The notes beneath the pieces were generated by a model. That model ran no database searches and was not told the origin of the DNA. It saw only the letters and a list, made by a program, of their open reading frames with translations. A stretch of 64,000 nucleotides of DNA from Selaginella moellendorffii (Eukaryota; Plantae; Lycopodiophyta), in assembly GCF_000143415.4 (NCBI RefSeq), contig NW_003314328.1, forward strand, positions 159,707-223,706, written 5' to 3'. Shown here in pieces: positions 1-13,682 of the stretch. The translations under genes were made by a program, and so were the position numbers. Every line of letters starts with the position of its first letter. The stretch's first letter is position 1.

Positions 1-797
1 AGTCACCTTGTGTAGCTATTCGCCCGTCCACACCAAAGCCCATCACTATTGAGCATACACCTCCGACTCTTGAGAACTTTGCCAATGAGATACGGCAGTT
101 GAAGGAGATCAATCTTCAGCAGCAATCACTCCATGACAAACTGCTCCAGGAGCTGGTGGAGTCCAAGAAAGAGGCCGCTACAGCTCGAGAACGCAAATTT
201 AAATCCCACTGGTGCACTCACTATGAGACGAACACACACAACACACAGTGCTTCTTCAAGCTTCACCCAGAGCTTCAGCCTCCATCTTCTCAACGTGTCC
301 AACAACATCCCTCCACATCATCTCAGGGTCCAAAGACGTATCAAGAGCAGTTGGAACGACAAACAATTGAGGCAGCCCCTTCGTCAAGCAAAGGCAAGGC
401 ACCAGCCTCATCGGTCAACACGATTTTGGTAGCCGAGGAACTCTATAAGCAACAAAAGCAAACCGCAGCTACTCGAGCCCAAGCAAAGAAGAAGGCAGCC
501 GCTCAGCCTGCCACAAATCCCCCAGCGCCAGTTGAGAATGAATCTCCATTGGCATCAGGCCTAGTGACACAGAGGGTGGCTTGTAAGCTCCCCTTCAAGT
601 CACTACTCTCTCCTCCTCCTAAGATCTCACTAACAGCTATTCTTGTTCTGGAACTGGTTCTTCAATAGCTGGTTGACACTCCCGTCACCTTTTTGCTCCG
701 AAACATGTTGTGTCTTGTCCCGGGATTCGGCTAGCATTTAGAGGAGTTTGCACGGCCAAAAACACCAGAGAGCACTCTCAAGAGGACTCCTCAAGAG

Positions 798-1208
798 GTG
801 CACATTGTCGATATGACAAGATATGGTGGAGATCCTGGTCCATTCTTCGTCCCGGTGCAGATCGGTACTTCCTCTTGTAGGATGGATGCTTTGGTTGACT
901 CTGGTTCTGGAAGCAACATTATCTCTCTCGAGGCTGCCCTTTCAGCACAGCTACAGATCACTGAGAGCTCCTCCATCATGCTCAAAACCTTCGCCAACCA
1001 TACCATTCCTCCAATGGGAATTTGCTGTGATGTCAAGGTCTCTGTGAAGGGTGTTATTTCTGAGGTGAATCTCCTCGTGGTTGACTACCAACACTTTGGA
1101 ATGTCCTCTTTGAAGGACTCTATCATCCTTGGCCACTCATGGCAAGTCACAGCCTATTGCACCATTGACAGCGCAAAAGGCAAGATGGAAATTAGTGATG
1201 GAAATTAG
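798..1208 (+). pseudogene. retropepsin aspartic protease domain (Gypsy pol)
   Basis: LVDSGS catalytic motif and IILG flap; in-frame stops nearby. Confidence 0.85.
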
Positions 1209-2116
1209 CGCCACCTTTCTCAACAACCACGGCAGAGCTCTTTCTCGGCAAGCCCAGTAGGCTCAGACTAAGATGGCCTCCACACCACACTTTCCTCTTG
1301 AACTCACAGAGGTTTTTCCTAAGTTGGTGGTGGAGTCGACCATCTAAATGACGGATGTTTTCTCATGCAATGCAATTGACATGGTTGGAGGTGAGTCAGA
1401 TAGCCAGAGACATCTCTCAGCTTCACTCTCTTTATTTGAGAGTAAGCCCAAGCCTTTAACCACGCCCTCTTTATTTGATGGCGGGGCTTATAGAGTACGG
1501 GCTGCTACATCCAGCTTTCCGGAGTGTTTCTCGATAGTGGAAGGGCTTCTCGATTCATTTCTTACATGGGACCAACTTTCTCTTATGGAGCTAGATGACA
1601 CAGTCGCTCCAGATCATGTCCTTCTTTCGCAAGACACAGTTGAACTCAATCCTCCTCAGCAACTATTTGAGGTGTCACACAGCCAGCATCTTCCTACTAA
1701 AATTGCGGTAGCTGATGAATCCGAGCATATTTTGTCATGCTGTTTTTTGGAGATGGAAGATGACATCCAGTCACACAATTGGCAGGAAGAGTCAAGCAAA
1801 TTAGACACATACTGCATGCGAGTTATAGCTCTTTGAGTTCAGAATTTCCTACCATGGAGCCCCTGGTATAGATCCAGGGGTATTACACTGAAACTTTAGC
1901 ACCAGACTTAGACTGGACTTTGGTGGAGGATCTTCCTTCACTTGCGGAGTACCTGGCTATAGTCCTTGTATTGGACATCGAGCGCTCAGAGCATCAGAAG
2001 CAAAGAGAACAACAAACAAAGACTCTGGATCCAACAACAGCATTCTTGCCTGACTTCCAGAGTCAGTCTTGCTGGATGTGGTGTCCCCAGCATCTTTATT
2101 TGAAGAAGAGGACACT

Positions 2117-2520
2117 CCTATGATTACAACTTATTTCGACGGTGCTTTCTGCCCCAAAAACCAGGTTGCCGCCATTGGAGTTTGGATGAGTGATTCTGCG
2201 GAGAACAAAGTAGCCGACCTCTCTATCACTTTGCCAACAACATCAGCTAATGAAGCAGAGTACTTGGCGGCTATTAGTGCTATGAAGTTGGCCACAGATC
2301 TCAAGTTTAGGCAAGCACTTCCATTGGAGATGCGCAACTCATCATACGCCAACTTACTGGAGAATACCAAGTCCGCAAAGAGAACTTGAAAGAGCTATGG
2401 TAGCAGGTGGTCAACCTGAAGGATGAGTTCTCTCAAGTGACTTTTCAAAGTGTCCCTCGTGAAGAAAAATTTTGGGCGGACAAGTTATCACATCAAGCAA
2501 TCACCATGATGCGAGAGGCA
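2117..2520 (+). pseudogene. additional (archaeal/plant-type) RNase HI domain upstream of RT
   Basis: TYFDGAF...TSANEAEYLAAISAMKLA...VPREEKFWADKLS; frameshifted. Confidence 0.8.
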
Positions 2521-2556
2521 AAAGGCACTCCCTGCTCTTTGGTTTCCAAGGTCAGG

Positions 2557-5500
2557 GAGGGTTTCCACGTCCATTCCTCTTCTCCAGCCTCGCTTCTTCC
2601 TTTAAGAAACAGCCACAGCTCCTTCTCCTCTGCTATCTTCCCTTCCTCACCTCGTTTGATCAGCGTGCCCAGGCAGGCCGCGAGTGAGACAATCAATCTG
2701 GACCAAACCTTTGAGATAGTTGCTTGAGCCGAGGGGTCCATGTCCTCGAATAGCCTGGTGTAGCAAGCCTTCCATATCTCTGCTAGTGTGCATCCCCAAA
2801 GTGCATCGAAGAGCTCCTGGTGGAGATTCTTAATGTGTGTCCAAGTTTGGTTGAGTTGATCAAAGTGTGGGGCCTCGTTGTGTCTCCACTTCCATGCATC
2901 AGGATTCTTTGTTTTTCCCTGGATGAAGCTACCCCAGAGCACTGATTCGTATGTGATTGCAGCTCCTCCAGTTGACGTTCGTTTGAGTACCATTGCTGCA
3001 CCTGGACATTCACATAAGATGTGTCGCTGTGTTTCTATGGCACCACAGGCCTTGCAAGCTGTGTTCGGGAGATATATGGCCACCAGAGAGGGAAGACGTT
3101 CTTGTTGGGCCAGCCAGATGAAGTAGTGGTTCTTAGCTTACCAGTGCCCCTTCCAGATCTTGTTGATGTAGTGTAAGTGGTTCTTGGAGTGGATCTATTG
3201 GGCCTTTGCTTTCCAGATGAGGGAGGATCAAGTCGGCACCCTGATCAGTTTTCGGCCCAGCTTGGTCTCGAACTGGAAGAAGTCCTTGCACATGGTTCCT
3301 CTCTAATGCCACTCTATGGGATCCCACTTGAGTTCATCCAAGGTTTGTTGGCGGAACCAGTAGAGGCAAGCATATTGTTTTTCTAGGATCAATGGATCAA
3401 CATTGGCAGTTTTTTTCTCCATTTGAATCACTCTGATCAGTTTAGCTCTACTCATATCGGGGAGGTCCTCGTACTCAAGGGTGATGATGGGGTACAAGTG
3501 TCCAGCCTATCCTGCCTCAAAGATTAGTCCCGATGCCATGTTGGGGAGGGTGCATACAATCGACTCGTCCACCTTCCACCATCATGGTATTGGTCTTCTT
3601 GTAGGTTTAGTCATTCAAGGCATGCGTGTTTGGCTACTAAAAAGGCTGTCTGGAATTTACGCATCCTGTGTTCTGAGATGGTTAATCCGTAGAAGGCACT
3701 AATTCGGTCACAGTTGTTGGCCGTCTGGTTGGGCTGGATCATGGTGTTTGCCTCTACGAAGGTTCTCATCCCTACTCTGTGCAGGTCTTTGCATATCTGG
3801 TCCAGGCCACGATCCTCTAAAGCTCCGAGCATTTTACCATTGACAGCGAAGAGTTTGCTCAGGAAAATTGGCTGCCTGTCCAGTTGTTCTTTGGTACGAA
3901 GTGGTTTATATTCCAGCTTGCATTTGAATTGCCTCTAGAGCTTGAACAGCTTTCCTGAGAACATGTGAGCCTTTGTCATTTTGAGTTTGGTGTCCGAGAA
4001 GAGCCATTGTTCATTTATCACCTAGTTTTGTCTAGTGTGCTCGTTCCTGTCTGGGAGGACTTTCAAAAGTTGTGCTCGCAGCAGTATTCTCCATGGTTGG
4101 TTGTCAGGCATGAGCATCCTCATGAAAATCTTGAAGAGGAGAGCCTTGCATTGTTCTTCGATGTCAATAATATTGAGGCCCCCTTCGTGCTTCGAAAGTG
4201 TTACTGATTGCCAGTTGACCTTTGCTCCACCACATGAGATGCAGGAGGAGCCTTTCCAGACATAGGTTTGAATGAGTTGGTTCATTTCCTGGATCATTCG
4301 TTTGTCCATATTCCAGCATGCTGCCAGGAACCAGATCGCTCCAAGCAGGATGCTGTTTGCCACCACGCAGCGTGCTGAGAATGATAGTTTTCTGCTCGCC
4401 CAGAACTTGAGTTGATCCCTTAGTTTTGTAACTTCTTTTTGGTTCTAAGGTTCTGGATCATACTAGCGTCCGACTTGGAATCCAAGGTAGCAGGTGGTCT
4501 CCTCCATGTCCAGCCATTTGAAGCCCAGCTCCGTGCCCCATGTTGGAGGTCTGCCGGGGGGGAGCCATAGTCCTACTGATTTGTGCCAGTTTATTTTTGA
4601 TCCCATGGCCTCATTGAAGAAGTCCAGGTCCCTTTTGACGTTTGAGAGGTTCTCCGATGATCCCTCCACGATCAGGCTTGTGTCGTCTGCAAAGGCTGAG
4701 GATAGAAGGTCCTCCTTTGAGGCTTTGTTCATGTCCTGAAGCGCAGAGCCACAGCCTGGAAGGGGCATACCTTTCGGGCCCTCTGGTTGGGCAAGGTAGT
4801 AGGCCAGAGCATCCGCAATGAACAGGAACAGGTATGGTGCAAGGGGGTATCCTTGGCAGACCGATCTTTCAAATTTGAAGGACTGTCCCATGGTTCTGTT
4901 GATTGTAACCCTGCTTGATGCCGAGTGGTACAGGGATGCTGTCCATTCCACGAACTGCAGAGGAACTCTTTGCTTGATCATTATGGCCTGGAGAACTTTC
5001 CAATCCACCCGGTCATAGGCTTTTTCGAAGTCCAAGAGAATGATTGTGATCTGCTCTGCCATGTCTTTGGTGTGTTCTTGCACCAGAAGGACTATTAGGA
5101 GATTGTCCACGATTTCCCTACCATCCATGAATCCGTTCTGTCTCCTTGATCGTTTATAGGAGTAGAGGCTTGAGGCGTGATGCCAAGGCTTTTGCTACGA
5201 TCTTGTACATGGTGTTCAGCATAGAGATGGGCCTTCAGTTTTTGAGGTGGGACATATCTCCTTTTATTGGTATTAGCGCAATGATCCCATCCATAGCTCC
5301 TTCTGGCCACTTCCCAGCTCACATGGTTTCTTGCCACATCTTGAGAACTTCTGGTCCGATCCATTCCCAGTTTTGTTTGTAGAAGGCTGGTGGCATGCCG
5401 TCCTCCCTTGGCATCTTGTCGTCCTTGAGGTCATCCAAGGCGTCTTTTAATTCTCACAGTGTGAAAGGTCTCGTTAGTCTGGTGTTCATTGGTGGGGTGT

Positions 5501-6828
5501 ACTTGGTCGGGATATGCTCTAGCACTCGCTCAAGTTTCTCTTGCCTGACCTCATCCCATGGTTCCTCCTTGAAAAGCTGGGAGTAGTAGTATTCTGCCAT
5601 GTTGTGCATTTGTCGATCTTTGTGTGCAGTTGCCCTTGTTCATCCTTCAATCCGAACATTGGTGGGGAGACCACTTTAGATCTTATGGATCGATAGAACT
5701 CCTTGTTCAGCACGAGCTCGCTTGCGTGCCATCTGATGTGTTCTGCTTTTAGGAAGGCTTCCATCTTGTCAGCCTCTATCCTTTCCAGTGGTGCTTAACC
5801 TGGATTTTTTGAGCTTGTAGCCATGGGTCATCCGGGTTGCTGCGAAGGTTAGTGTTGATCGAGGTCAGGACTCTCCGAACCTTTTGGACTGTGTTAAAGA
5901 CATCTTTCTGGATCTTGGCTCGAGCCTCTTGAGCAATTTGAAGGGTGAAGGAGTGTAGATTCCCCTTGTGTTTTTTCCATTGCTCGTGCGCTTGGTTATT
6001 GTTGGCTTGCTCCTCAAAGAACTTCTTGGGTATGGCAACTGGCTTCTTTGGACCTCTTGATCTTCGAAAGGGAAGTGTGAGTCTAATTAGATGGTGGTCC
6101 GAGAAGTCCGTGTAGGTGTTGTCGATGTCCAACTTCCCCCCTTGCATGCACAGGTCCATGGTGAGGTAGAAGCGGTCCAGACGACGTTGTATGCCTCTGC
6201 GTTGACGTTCTCGCCATGTGAAGCATGGTTCATGTGTCACAAAACCCGGGATCTCGTAAGCATCACAGGTGCCAATTTGTAAGAGGAACGAGTTCCATGC
6301 AAGGTGTTCCGCACGTGTACGTCTATCCTGGATTATGCCCCCCCATTTATCCTCCTCGTGGTCCACGAAATTGAAGTCACCAACCAGGATCCAATCATCG
6401 ATTCCGGTTGGAAGACGATGCTGCAAAATTTGGAAGAAGTGTGCTCGTGAGGTGGAGAGGGATGCTGGGGCGTAGATGTTCAACAGGCCTATGGTTCAAG
6501 CATTTACTTTTATCACTATCATGTGAGTGCGTCCAAGGATTAGGATCTGGTGCGAGGTGCCTAGGGATTGCCATGGTCCTTTAGTGATGATGAGGGTTCC
6601 TCCTCGCCTTCCAACTGCTAGGTTCCAGAAGTGTTTGCCTTTTGAAAACTTAAAGATTGTCTGGTGTTCTTGCATTCTATACTCCTAGAAACAGAAAAAG
6701 TCACACTTTCCTATCACTCCTTCTAACTGGCGAAGGTACTGTCGTAGCCTCGCCTTCTTGTCATTCCATAGCACTCCGTCCTTACTAATGCCTCCTACTT
6801 TCCACGAAAGCACGCTGAGATCAGTCAT
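2557..6828 (-). pseudogene. LINE ORF2 (APE endonuclease - reverse transcriptase - zf-RVT)
   Basis: Endonuclease motifs NIYAP, LVGDFN, RRLDRFY, FSDH. RT motifs LLDFEKAYDRVDW, QGYPLAPYLF, FADDT. Zinc finger CKACGAIETQRHILCEC. Multiple stops and frameshifts. Confidence 0.9.
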
Positions 6829-8928
6829 TGTCCTTGTTTGTGGTGATCCAATTGCGTTCCACCCACGAGAATTCACGATCTCTCCCTCCTCTCGCGGGGA
6901 TGACGCTGCTTTTGGTGAGAAGGGCTGTGTGCAGCTCCATGTTGTTGCCCACGATTGTGGCCTTGTCTACTTCCACATGGTACTTAAGATCCTTGATTAC
7001 CTCGGACGCTTCTAGAAAGCTGTGTACTCCATTCTTTGGGAGCTGATCGCGTGCCATGTGGAAGGTGGGTGTGACATATCCGACCAGAGGGCCACTCCAT
7101 AGTGCTAGGTACTTCCTGGGATGTGTGCTACTTACATGGAGCCACAGATTGACTTTGAGTCGCATGAATCGTTGGGAGGAGGATGCCTGCCCTCGCGGCA
7201 CCGGGTCCTCTGATGGGGATCTCTCCACTCGTGCTCGTTCCAGGGACGGGGAGCGTTGGATAGTGTGTTCTCCACCCCACTGGTCTCTTGTCATCTCAGG
7301 TGAAGCTTGTCCGTCCCTCGGTGCTTCTTCCCTACACTTTGACGCTCTGTTGGACTGTCTCCTAGATGTTCCTCCTTGAGCCGAGTGCACTTTCCCCATG
7401 ATCCGGATCTTGTTAGGGATTGGCGCCTTCCCAGTGTACAGAACGTGGATGAGCTGATCCCCTGACTCCTCCCTTGTTGCCTATTTCCCGAGGTACTGAG
7501 CGAAGCCCTCCACCATCATTGCCAAGAACACCGGGGTGTTGTCTGTCTCACACAGGTCCTCGACAAGTAGATCCAGCTCCATTGTTGGGTGGTGAACCAA
7601 GTCCTTCTGGCTCGGAGAGAATCCTGGCGGGAATTTGTAGAAGAACAACTCATCACCCTCTGCTTGAGGACCAGGGCTCGCCAGTTTTTCTCCATGCTCA
7701 CCTCCACGCTGTAGTAGTTCCTGCCGAGGAACGTGACTGGTCTCCCCCAAAATGATACTCTTGCCTCTTCGAGACCTTCCTTGAGCCCTTCCAATGCTGC
7801 TTGCCGGTGCGGTTTGTTCCCTTTGAAGATTGCCAAGATCAAGTTCTTGGCTGCCTTGGCTTGTCGTTCCTGCAGTTCCATGAGGACCTCATTCGCCTCC
7901 ACATGCAGTTCTCCTGGGACTGGTGCTGTGACATCCAACATTGCTAGTGCAGCAGCTGAATGGGGCGAGACGTCCTTCTCCACATTTATGTCCAGCTCAT
8001 CCACCCTTGTCCATCCGAGATAGAGTACGTTTGACTCCTTCATCTTCTCGAGCGGGACGGCTGGTATTGCTTTCTCCTTGCTGGTCCTGGTCACAACTCT
8101 CAGAGCTGGTGTTTTTGGAGCCTTGGTGGTCTTTTCAATCTGGTCCCCCTCTGAGTCCACCTCTTTCCCTTGCCTCTCCTCTATCGCCGCTTGGATGACT
8201 CATTCCTTCTGCTGTGTGTCCATGAACAACGTGCTCAAACCCAATGAGGAAGAGTGTGAGTCAGGCGAGGTCTGTTGTGGCATGTCCTCCAGTGTTTCAT
8301 CCACATACTTGCCAATTCCCTTCAAAGCTGAGACCGATGGGATCCTTTCAAACGTGGACATCATGACTAGCAGTGTTGTGTTCAGCGGAGGGATAATTGT
8401 TTGCCTGGAAGACAAGGCCTTTGGAGCTCTCTTTGATTTTTTGCCCCCCATCGCAGTCAGTTTCTTCTTCTTTGTGATCTTGACTGTATCGGCGGACGAG
8501 GAGGGAGCAGCTCGAGTTGGTTCTCTAGTTGTTTTTGCTGTTGTTGTTGGCCGAGGTGGGGTGGCTTGGGCCGCATTTGCCTCTGGTTCTGGTTCCGCAG
8601 CTTCGTTGTCCTTCGGGGGCGGCAGTGGGCACTGCTTGAGCTTGATCAAGAGCTTCATCCCCGTGCTTCTCGTTTCTGGTCAATGCTCCACCACAGCTCT
8701 CTCCTCATCATCAGGGGTGTTCTGAGTCGTGTCCGTGTGGGGGGAATCTTCCAGTTCGTCCTCTAGTGGTGGACTGCGCTTTCGCATGTTCTTTGTACGC
8801 GGCATTTCCTTCTTTGTTCCGGTCCTGTGTTCAGCAAAGAGTTCACGGATCAACGCTACTCCTCGAGGATGATGCGGTGGTTCTGTTGAGGTACTACTGG
8901 CAATTTTTTGAGTCAGAGAGGGGGGCAT
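6821..8928 (-). pseudogene. LINE ORF1 (fragmented)
   Basis: Consecutive ORF pieces 8680-8928, 8200-8658, 7516-8160, 7481-7750 and 6821-7399 lie upstream of ORF2. The ORF1 TGA (6823-6821) lies just inside ORF2, whose ATG is at 6828. Confidence 0.65.
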
Positions 8929-9076
8929 GTGGGGGGAGGCGTGTGGGGAGTCAAGCTGTGGGGAAGGGAGGGGAGAGAAGTCAATGTATGATCGAGAGGG
9001 TGGAGAGGAGACAAATCGGGGAGCAAGCGGGTAGGGAGGAGAGCAGACCTCTTGGTTGCTGGCGTGATGCTCCTAT

Positions 9077-9098
9077 GCTCTATTTCGTTAAAGTGGGA
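9077..9098 (+). repeat. left terminal inverted repeat GCTCTATTTCGTTAAAGTGGGA
   Basis: Exact reverse complement of 22070-22091. Confidence 0.92.
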
Positions 9099-9734
9099 TT
9101 TATTCAGTAAAATGGGACTAGGTACAAATTTTCAAGTATTTGAAAATGACGTGAAATTATATGTTTTTTGTCCAGGGGCTAGACATATCTGGGACATGGT
9201 GACTAGCGCGGTGACTTTATGTCCAGACTGAGTCCATCTGGTTGTATAATAAATCTCATTGTCAAGGTGAACAAGCCGAATCTGAAGCTAAAGAAGAGCG
9301 ATGGCATGCGCGCAAACACTATTTGTTTGTTCATTGAGCGTGTGGTGAGCTTTCCAAGATGAACGTCATTCCTATTAGCCAGACATATCACTTAATGGTG
9401 AGAACATTTAGATATTATTCAATGTTATCTTTTTCTAACGAATCTAATTGTGAAGGTGTAGCAAGAGGCATTGCTAGTCTGGAGAAGTCATTTAACTCAT
9501 TTGACCCTTAGTGTATTTTCATGAAACTAAATAACATTCATATTATTAAGGAATTTCTCTAGTACCTTTTTTTTACAACATAGAGGCTTGCATTTCTTTC
9601 AAAGGTGATTTAGTAAAAGGCCTGAGGGCACATGCCATTCTATTTCTCAGACCGGTATTAAGATATACTAGTGCAAAGGGAAAAAGGTATTTGGTGATCA
9701 AGTAAATGGCATGAGGGCACACGCCATTATAAGC

Positions 9735-10007
9735 CTAAGCGCTAGTGGACACCTCCTTTTTGGTACTCTCAGCGGTACTATCATCCTTCTCCGGGTCAGT
9801 TGTTTTGCTTTGGATTGTTGTCTCTGACGTTACTGGGGCGTTCTCGATAGTTGTTAATGTTGCCGTTTGTTCAGAAAAATGATCACCTGGAGTATAGTAC
9901 GGGGAGTTTGGAAGACTTATATATTCTACATCTTCACCTATCTCCTTCTCCGTCTCCTTTTCTGCCTCACTTACAGATTTTGTGCTTGCCATGAGAACGC
10001 TCTTCAC
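9735..10007 (-). CDS. small Thr/Glu/Ser-rich ORF or exon inside the DNA transposon, function unknown
   Basis: 90-codon open frame preceded by an acceptor-like CATATTTTAG. No recognisable domain. Confidence 0.3.
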   Translation of the reverse strand: MKSVLMASTKSVSEAEKETEKEIGEDVEYISLPNSPYYTPGDHFSEQTATLTTIENAPVTSETTIQSKTTDPEKDDSTAESTKKEVSTSA

Positions 10008-10199
10008 CCTAAAATATGGAGTTCGTTATGTTATAAAAGGAAACCAACACACACGCTGCAAGGGAATGATGGTACATAAAGCACGTAAGCCCACAATATG
10101 GGTTTATGTGCCATTAATATGGGCCACACGCCATATTATTAGATTTATGCACGTGTGATTGGTAAATGCATATGTCACATCATCTCAGGCCACATGCCA

Positions 10200-13098
10200 T
10201 CACGCCTCCTCTGATTCAGATTCGGATTGTTCACCTTGAAATAAAATATATTAGAAACTTAGTAAAGGAATATTAATGAATCTCACCTTGAACCCGGGTT
10301 ATGAATGCTCTTGCTGCATCTCTTGCATGGTCTGGCAAGGTGATGGTGGCACTCTGCTTCCGCATCCAACCATGCACAACATTATCCACCGATATGCTCA
10401 TGCTGGGATCCCTTTGATTTAGCACCCATCTCTTTTCTAGGCAATCCTTCGTATATCCGGAACTTGGCTTGAACCACTCCACAGTTACATTGAAGGAGTT
10501 AGTTTCCGCGTCCTCCTCTGCATCAGTGATGCAGCGCCCCACCCATATCATTTGTTTTTTATTACTGGGTCTGACAAGCACGACCATTCCTTTGCAGACC
10601 TGTACTGGATTGAATGCTGAATCCGGCTTCTTGTTCCTCGGCCCACAATAGTGATCCTCAACATCGTTATCTGTCACTGCATTTCCAGAGGACATTGTTC
10701 CGCTACTATCTAGTGCTCTGGGTTCTGGCCAAAAGGACTCTTCCAATTCTTCATATACAACCGGCCCATTTTGGATAGCAGATATAATCTTCTCCCAGTA
10801 TTCGAGCAAAGGCTTGCACCTCTGAAAATAGGATTCTCCACCAAACACCAACCCCCTCTTCCAGAAGGCAATATGCTGTCTAATCCCGGCCACTATACTT
10901 TCCTGGTCTTTGAGTCCATCCGGGTGCATCGGCCGTGGGGAACCCTGAGGAATCATAGGTTCCCCAGTTATGGGATCTCTCTTGAAGAGTTCAATGCCGT
11001 CCACTGGCAGCCACACTGTGTCCCATTCTCTCATCTTGTACCTCATCACTGGAGCACCGTCACACATGCTGAAATGAAACTGAAGAGGCTTGGAGTGGCC
11101 AATCAGTGTTTCGGATCCGTCCCTGATGTAGCCTCTTACAAACCCCTTAAAGTCTGGAACCTCTGTCAGAAGTGCAGCTTCAACAGTGCCTTTGATGCAA
11201 TTTTGGAATTCATCGTAGAGTTGTGGGAGGGTGAGGACATTGGATCGCCGGAGGGACTCTGCCAGGTGACTGAACATGGCATCGACGTCTTCATGAGTGT
11301 GCCCAACCATGAGAAAGCCAAGTGTAACCGTTTCAAATATGCCTTTGGCAACAAGCATCGCCAAGTACGCGAAGACGTACATGTTTTTGTTCTCACTGCC
11401 AGCATTGTCTGTTTGGAGCAGAAGATGGGGTGGAAGGCCACATCGGCCGCAAGAACTTCCTTGAGATTCTGCTTCGTTTGGATGAGGTTGTGCATTCACC
11501 GAGCGACCAGCCTCGTCGGAATGGCATGAGGCCTCACGTGATAACCCTACAATCTGACGGCCAACATATTCACTGGGATGGCATGGGGCCCCACGCGATA
11601 CTGCAAGCCTTTGCTCCTCCTCCAGCTGAACCTTGTATGGGGTTCGATCGACAAGGGCCTTATGCAAGGGTTGGCCGTTCAGCTCAGTCTGCGCACTTTG
11701 TAGAGACCTTAAGTGTTTTGCTAGGGACGCAATCATCATGTTTGCACCCCCGCCACCCCATAGAGGTACAAAGAAGTTCCCATAGTTCTGGGCACCATGC
11801 CCATGAGCGATTATGCCAAACAGAGACACAAGCAGCTGCATGGATGAAGAGATTGCCTTGGGGGCAGGATTGAGTCGAGGTAAGCACGTCTTTTTCTGGT
11901 CCATTTTGTCGTGGATGATGCAGAGGTAAGAGTCAGGTCTCTCCATGGAGAGAATCCTGTTATGATAATATGCAGTCCTGCAGCTTCTCTGCTCGATGTT
12001 GTGGTCGAGCCGCCTTCTAACCAACGTCTCTCGCTCTTGAGCGCTGCAAGAATTCTTCGACAAAGCCATTTTGATAGCAGTGCACTCGTCACACTTTGAA
12101 AAGCTGGAGTACTTTCCTATACTCACATCCCTGAACCTGTTGCTCCACAATCTACTAAATCTAGATTGGCTCAGCTTCCTGTAGCCATTACTCTAGAGTT
12201 CCCGATTCACATCTTCCAATATGGCCCCCTTGGTATACATGGAAGGGAGAACTCGTTGGGTGTCTCGTGTTCCATCTTCCAAGAGGCGGGTTTTATGTGG
12301 TTGCTGCTCGCTACATGTCTCGACAAACCTCTTGAAGATTGCCTCTCCATATACAACATGACCCCTGGTTTTGTGCGTACCGTCGTTCCCATGGACTGCC
12401 TGTTGAACCCTTTGTTCCTCGAACTCAGTTTTGATTCTGTAGAATGTGGTTCGAGGGACTCTATAAATGATTCTCCATGCCTTCATGCAGACCAAACCCC
12501 TCTGGAAGACCATGCCCCCCACCTGATGTTCTAAAGCATCAACAGATGACCGTAATGCCTCATACACAAAATTGCAAGCTGCCTTCTAGGACAATGTCTT
12601 GTATCTTGCTCTCTCCTCTTCAATAGCATCCCAATCAGCATGTTGACAGCACCTCCTCTTGCAACAAGAAACTGTCGAGACCATTCGAACCTCCATCGCC
12701 ATTTTCTGCCTTTTCGGTTCGTTGCTCATATCCCTTTGGCTGCGCTTTAGGAAGGTGTACTTTCTTTTCCCATGAAGAGATGTTCTGTCATCAGTTGTAG
12801 TGGTGTTTGATTGTGAATCCTTCACATTCTCAAACACTAAGTGCCTCAATTTCCACCGCACAATGCTTCCAATAGTCAGACTATTTTCTTCTGTATCAAC
12901 AACCTCTAAAATCGCAACTCCAATATCATCCCAGCCCAAATCTTGATTAGCAACCGCATCTCTTGGATCGACAACTATGGTTAAGCCCTCAGCTACCACC
13001 TCCCCATAGGGGTTGTTTAGAAACACCTTTGCCTGAATCCATGTAGCACGGTTCTTAAGATCCACGGAGGGAACATGCGTCGCATTTGCGAAGGCCAT
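10200..13098 (-). pseudogene. Sola-like (DUF7869-type) DDD transposase, ~948 codons, two in-frame TAG stops
   Basis: ORFs 12586-13098, 12193-12567 and 10273-12150 are in one frame, separated by TAG at 12588-12586 and 12195-12193. Motifs SCCKRRCCQH, FSKCDEC, IIHDKMDQ, QTDNAGSENKN, FLMVGHTHEDVDAMFS. A predicted 52-nt GT-AG intron 10286-10235 gives the C-terminus GEQSESESEEA*. Confidence 0.8.
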
Positions 13099-13470
13099 TC
13101 TGAAAGTGCAGAAAAGAAGTTAAGACCATACAAAAAATGATTGGAGAATGGCTTAAATCATAACATACCAAACAACCTCAATAGCATGAGGCCACATGGT
13201 ATTATTCAAACATGCTATTGACACCCACGTGAAATTTGGCATTCACACAAGGGTCCCTTTGCCAACTCTATTCCCACCATTCAAAATGTAACCTTTTCCC
13301 CATCCCTGAAGGCCATTCTGAAAGTGCTGAAAAGAAGTTAAGCCCATACAAAAAATGATTGGAGAATGGCCTAAATCATAACATACCAAACAACCTCAAT
13401 AGCATGAGGCCACATGCCATTATTCAAACATGCTATTGACTCCCACGTGAAATTTTGCATTCACAAAGTT
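13091..13470. repeat. ~160-bp direct duplication (13091-13250 / 13309-13470), each copy carrying a palindrome
   Basis: AAGGCCATTCTGAAAGTGC...AATAGCATGAGGCCACATG..ATTATTCAAACATGCTATTGAC occurs twice. Confidence 0.85.
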
Positions 13471-13682
13471 GGCATGAGGCCTCATGCCATCTTGATATAC
13501 ACACAACTGCAGGCAAGTAAAAACATACATGACAATACGCTAGCCATGAAATTGCAAGGGCCCAAGATGGCATGTGGCCTCATGCCATTTCTAAATGTGG
13601 TCCTAAGCCATTCCATGGTGAACATACCAGGAAGCACAAGTGCCGAATATCAAGAGGAAGCGGTAGCCACACAAAAGACAGT

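Larger units (their letters stand above)
1..2556 (+). mobile_element. Ty3/Gypsy LTR retrotransposon fragment, Tat-like (gag end - protease - additional RNase H), degenerate
   Basis: Gag CCHC-like knuckle (CTHYETNTHNTQC), protease motif ALVDSGSGSNII and RNase H motifs YFDGA...NEAEY. Near-identical to 46920-49517. Broken at 2556 by LINE sequence. Confidence 0.85.
2557..9071 (-). mobile_element. L1-type non-LTR retrotransposon (LINE), degenerate, 3' end truncated
   Basis: Minus-strand order: pyrimidine-rich 5' UTR, ORF1, APE endonuclease, RT, C-terminal zinc finger. No polyA tail at the 2557 junction. Confidence 0.88.

Noticed and set aside
8078-8725. 215-aa plus-strand ORF
   Set aside because: Antisense shadow of LINE ORF1.
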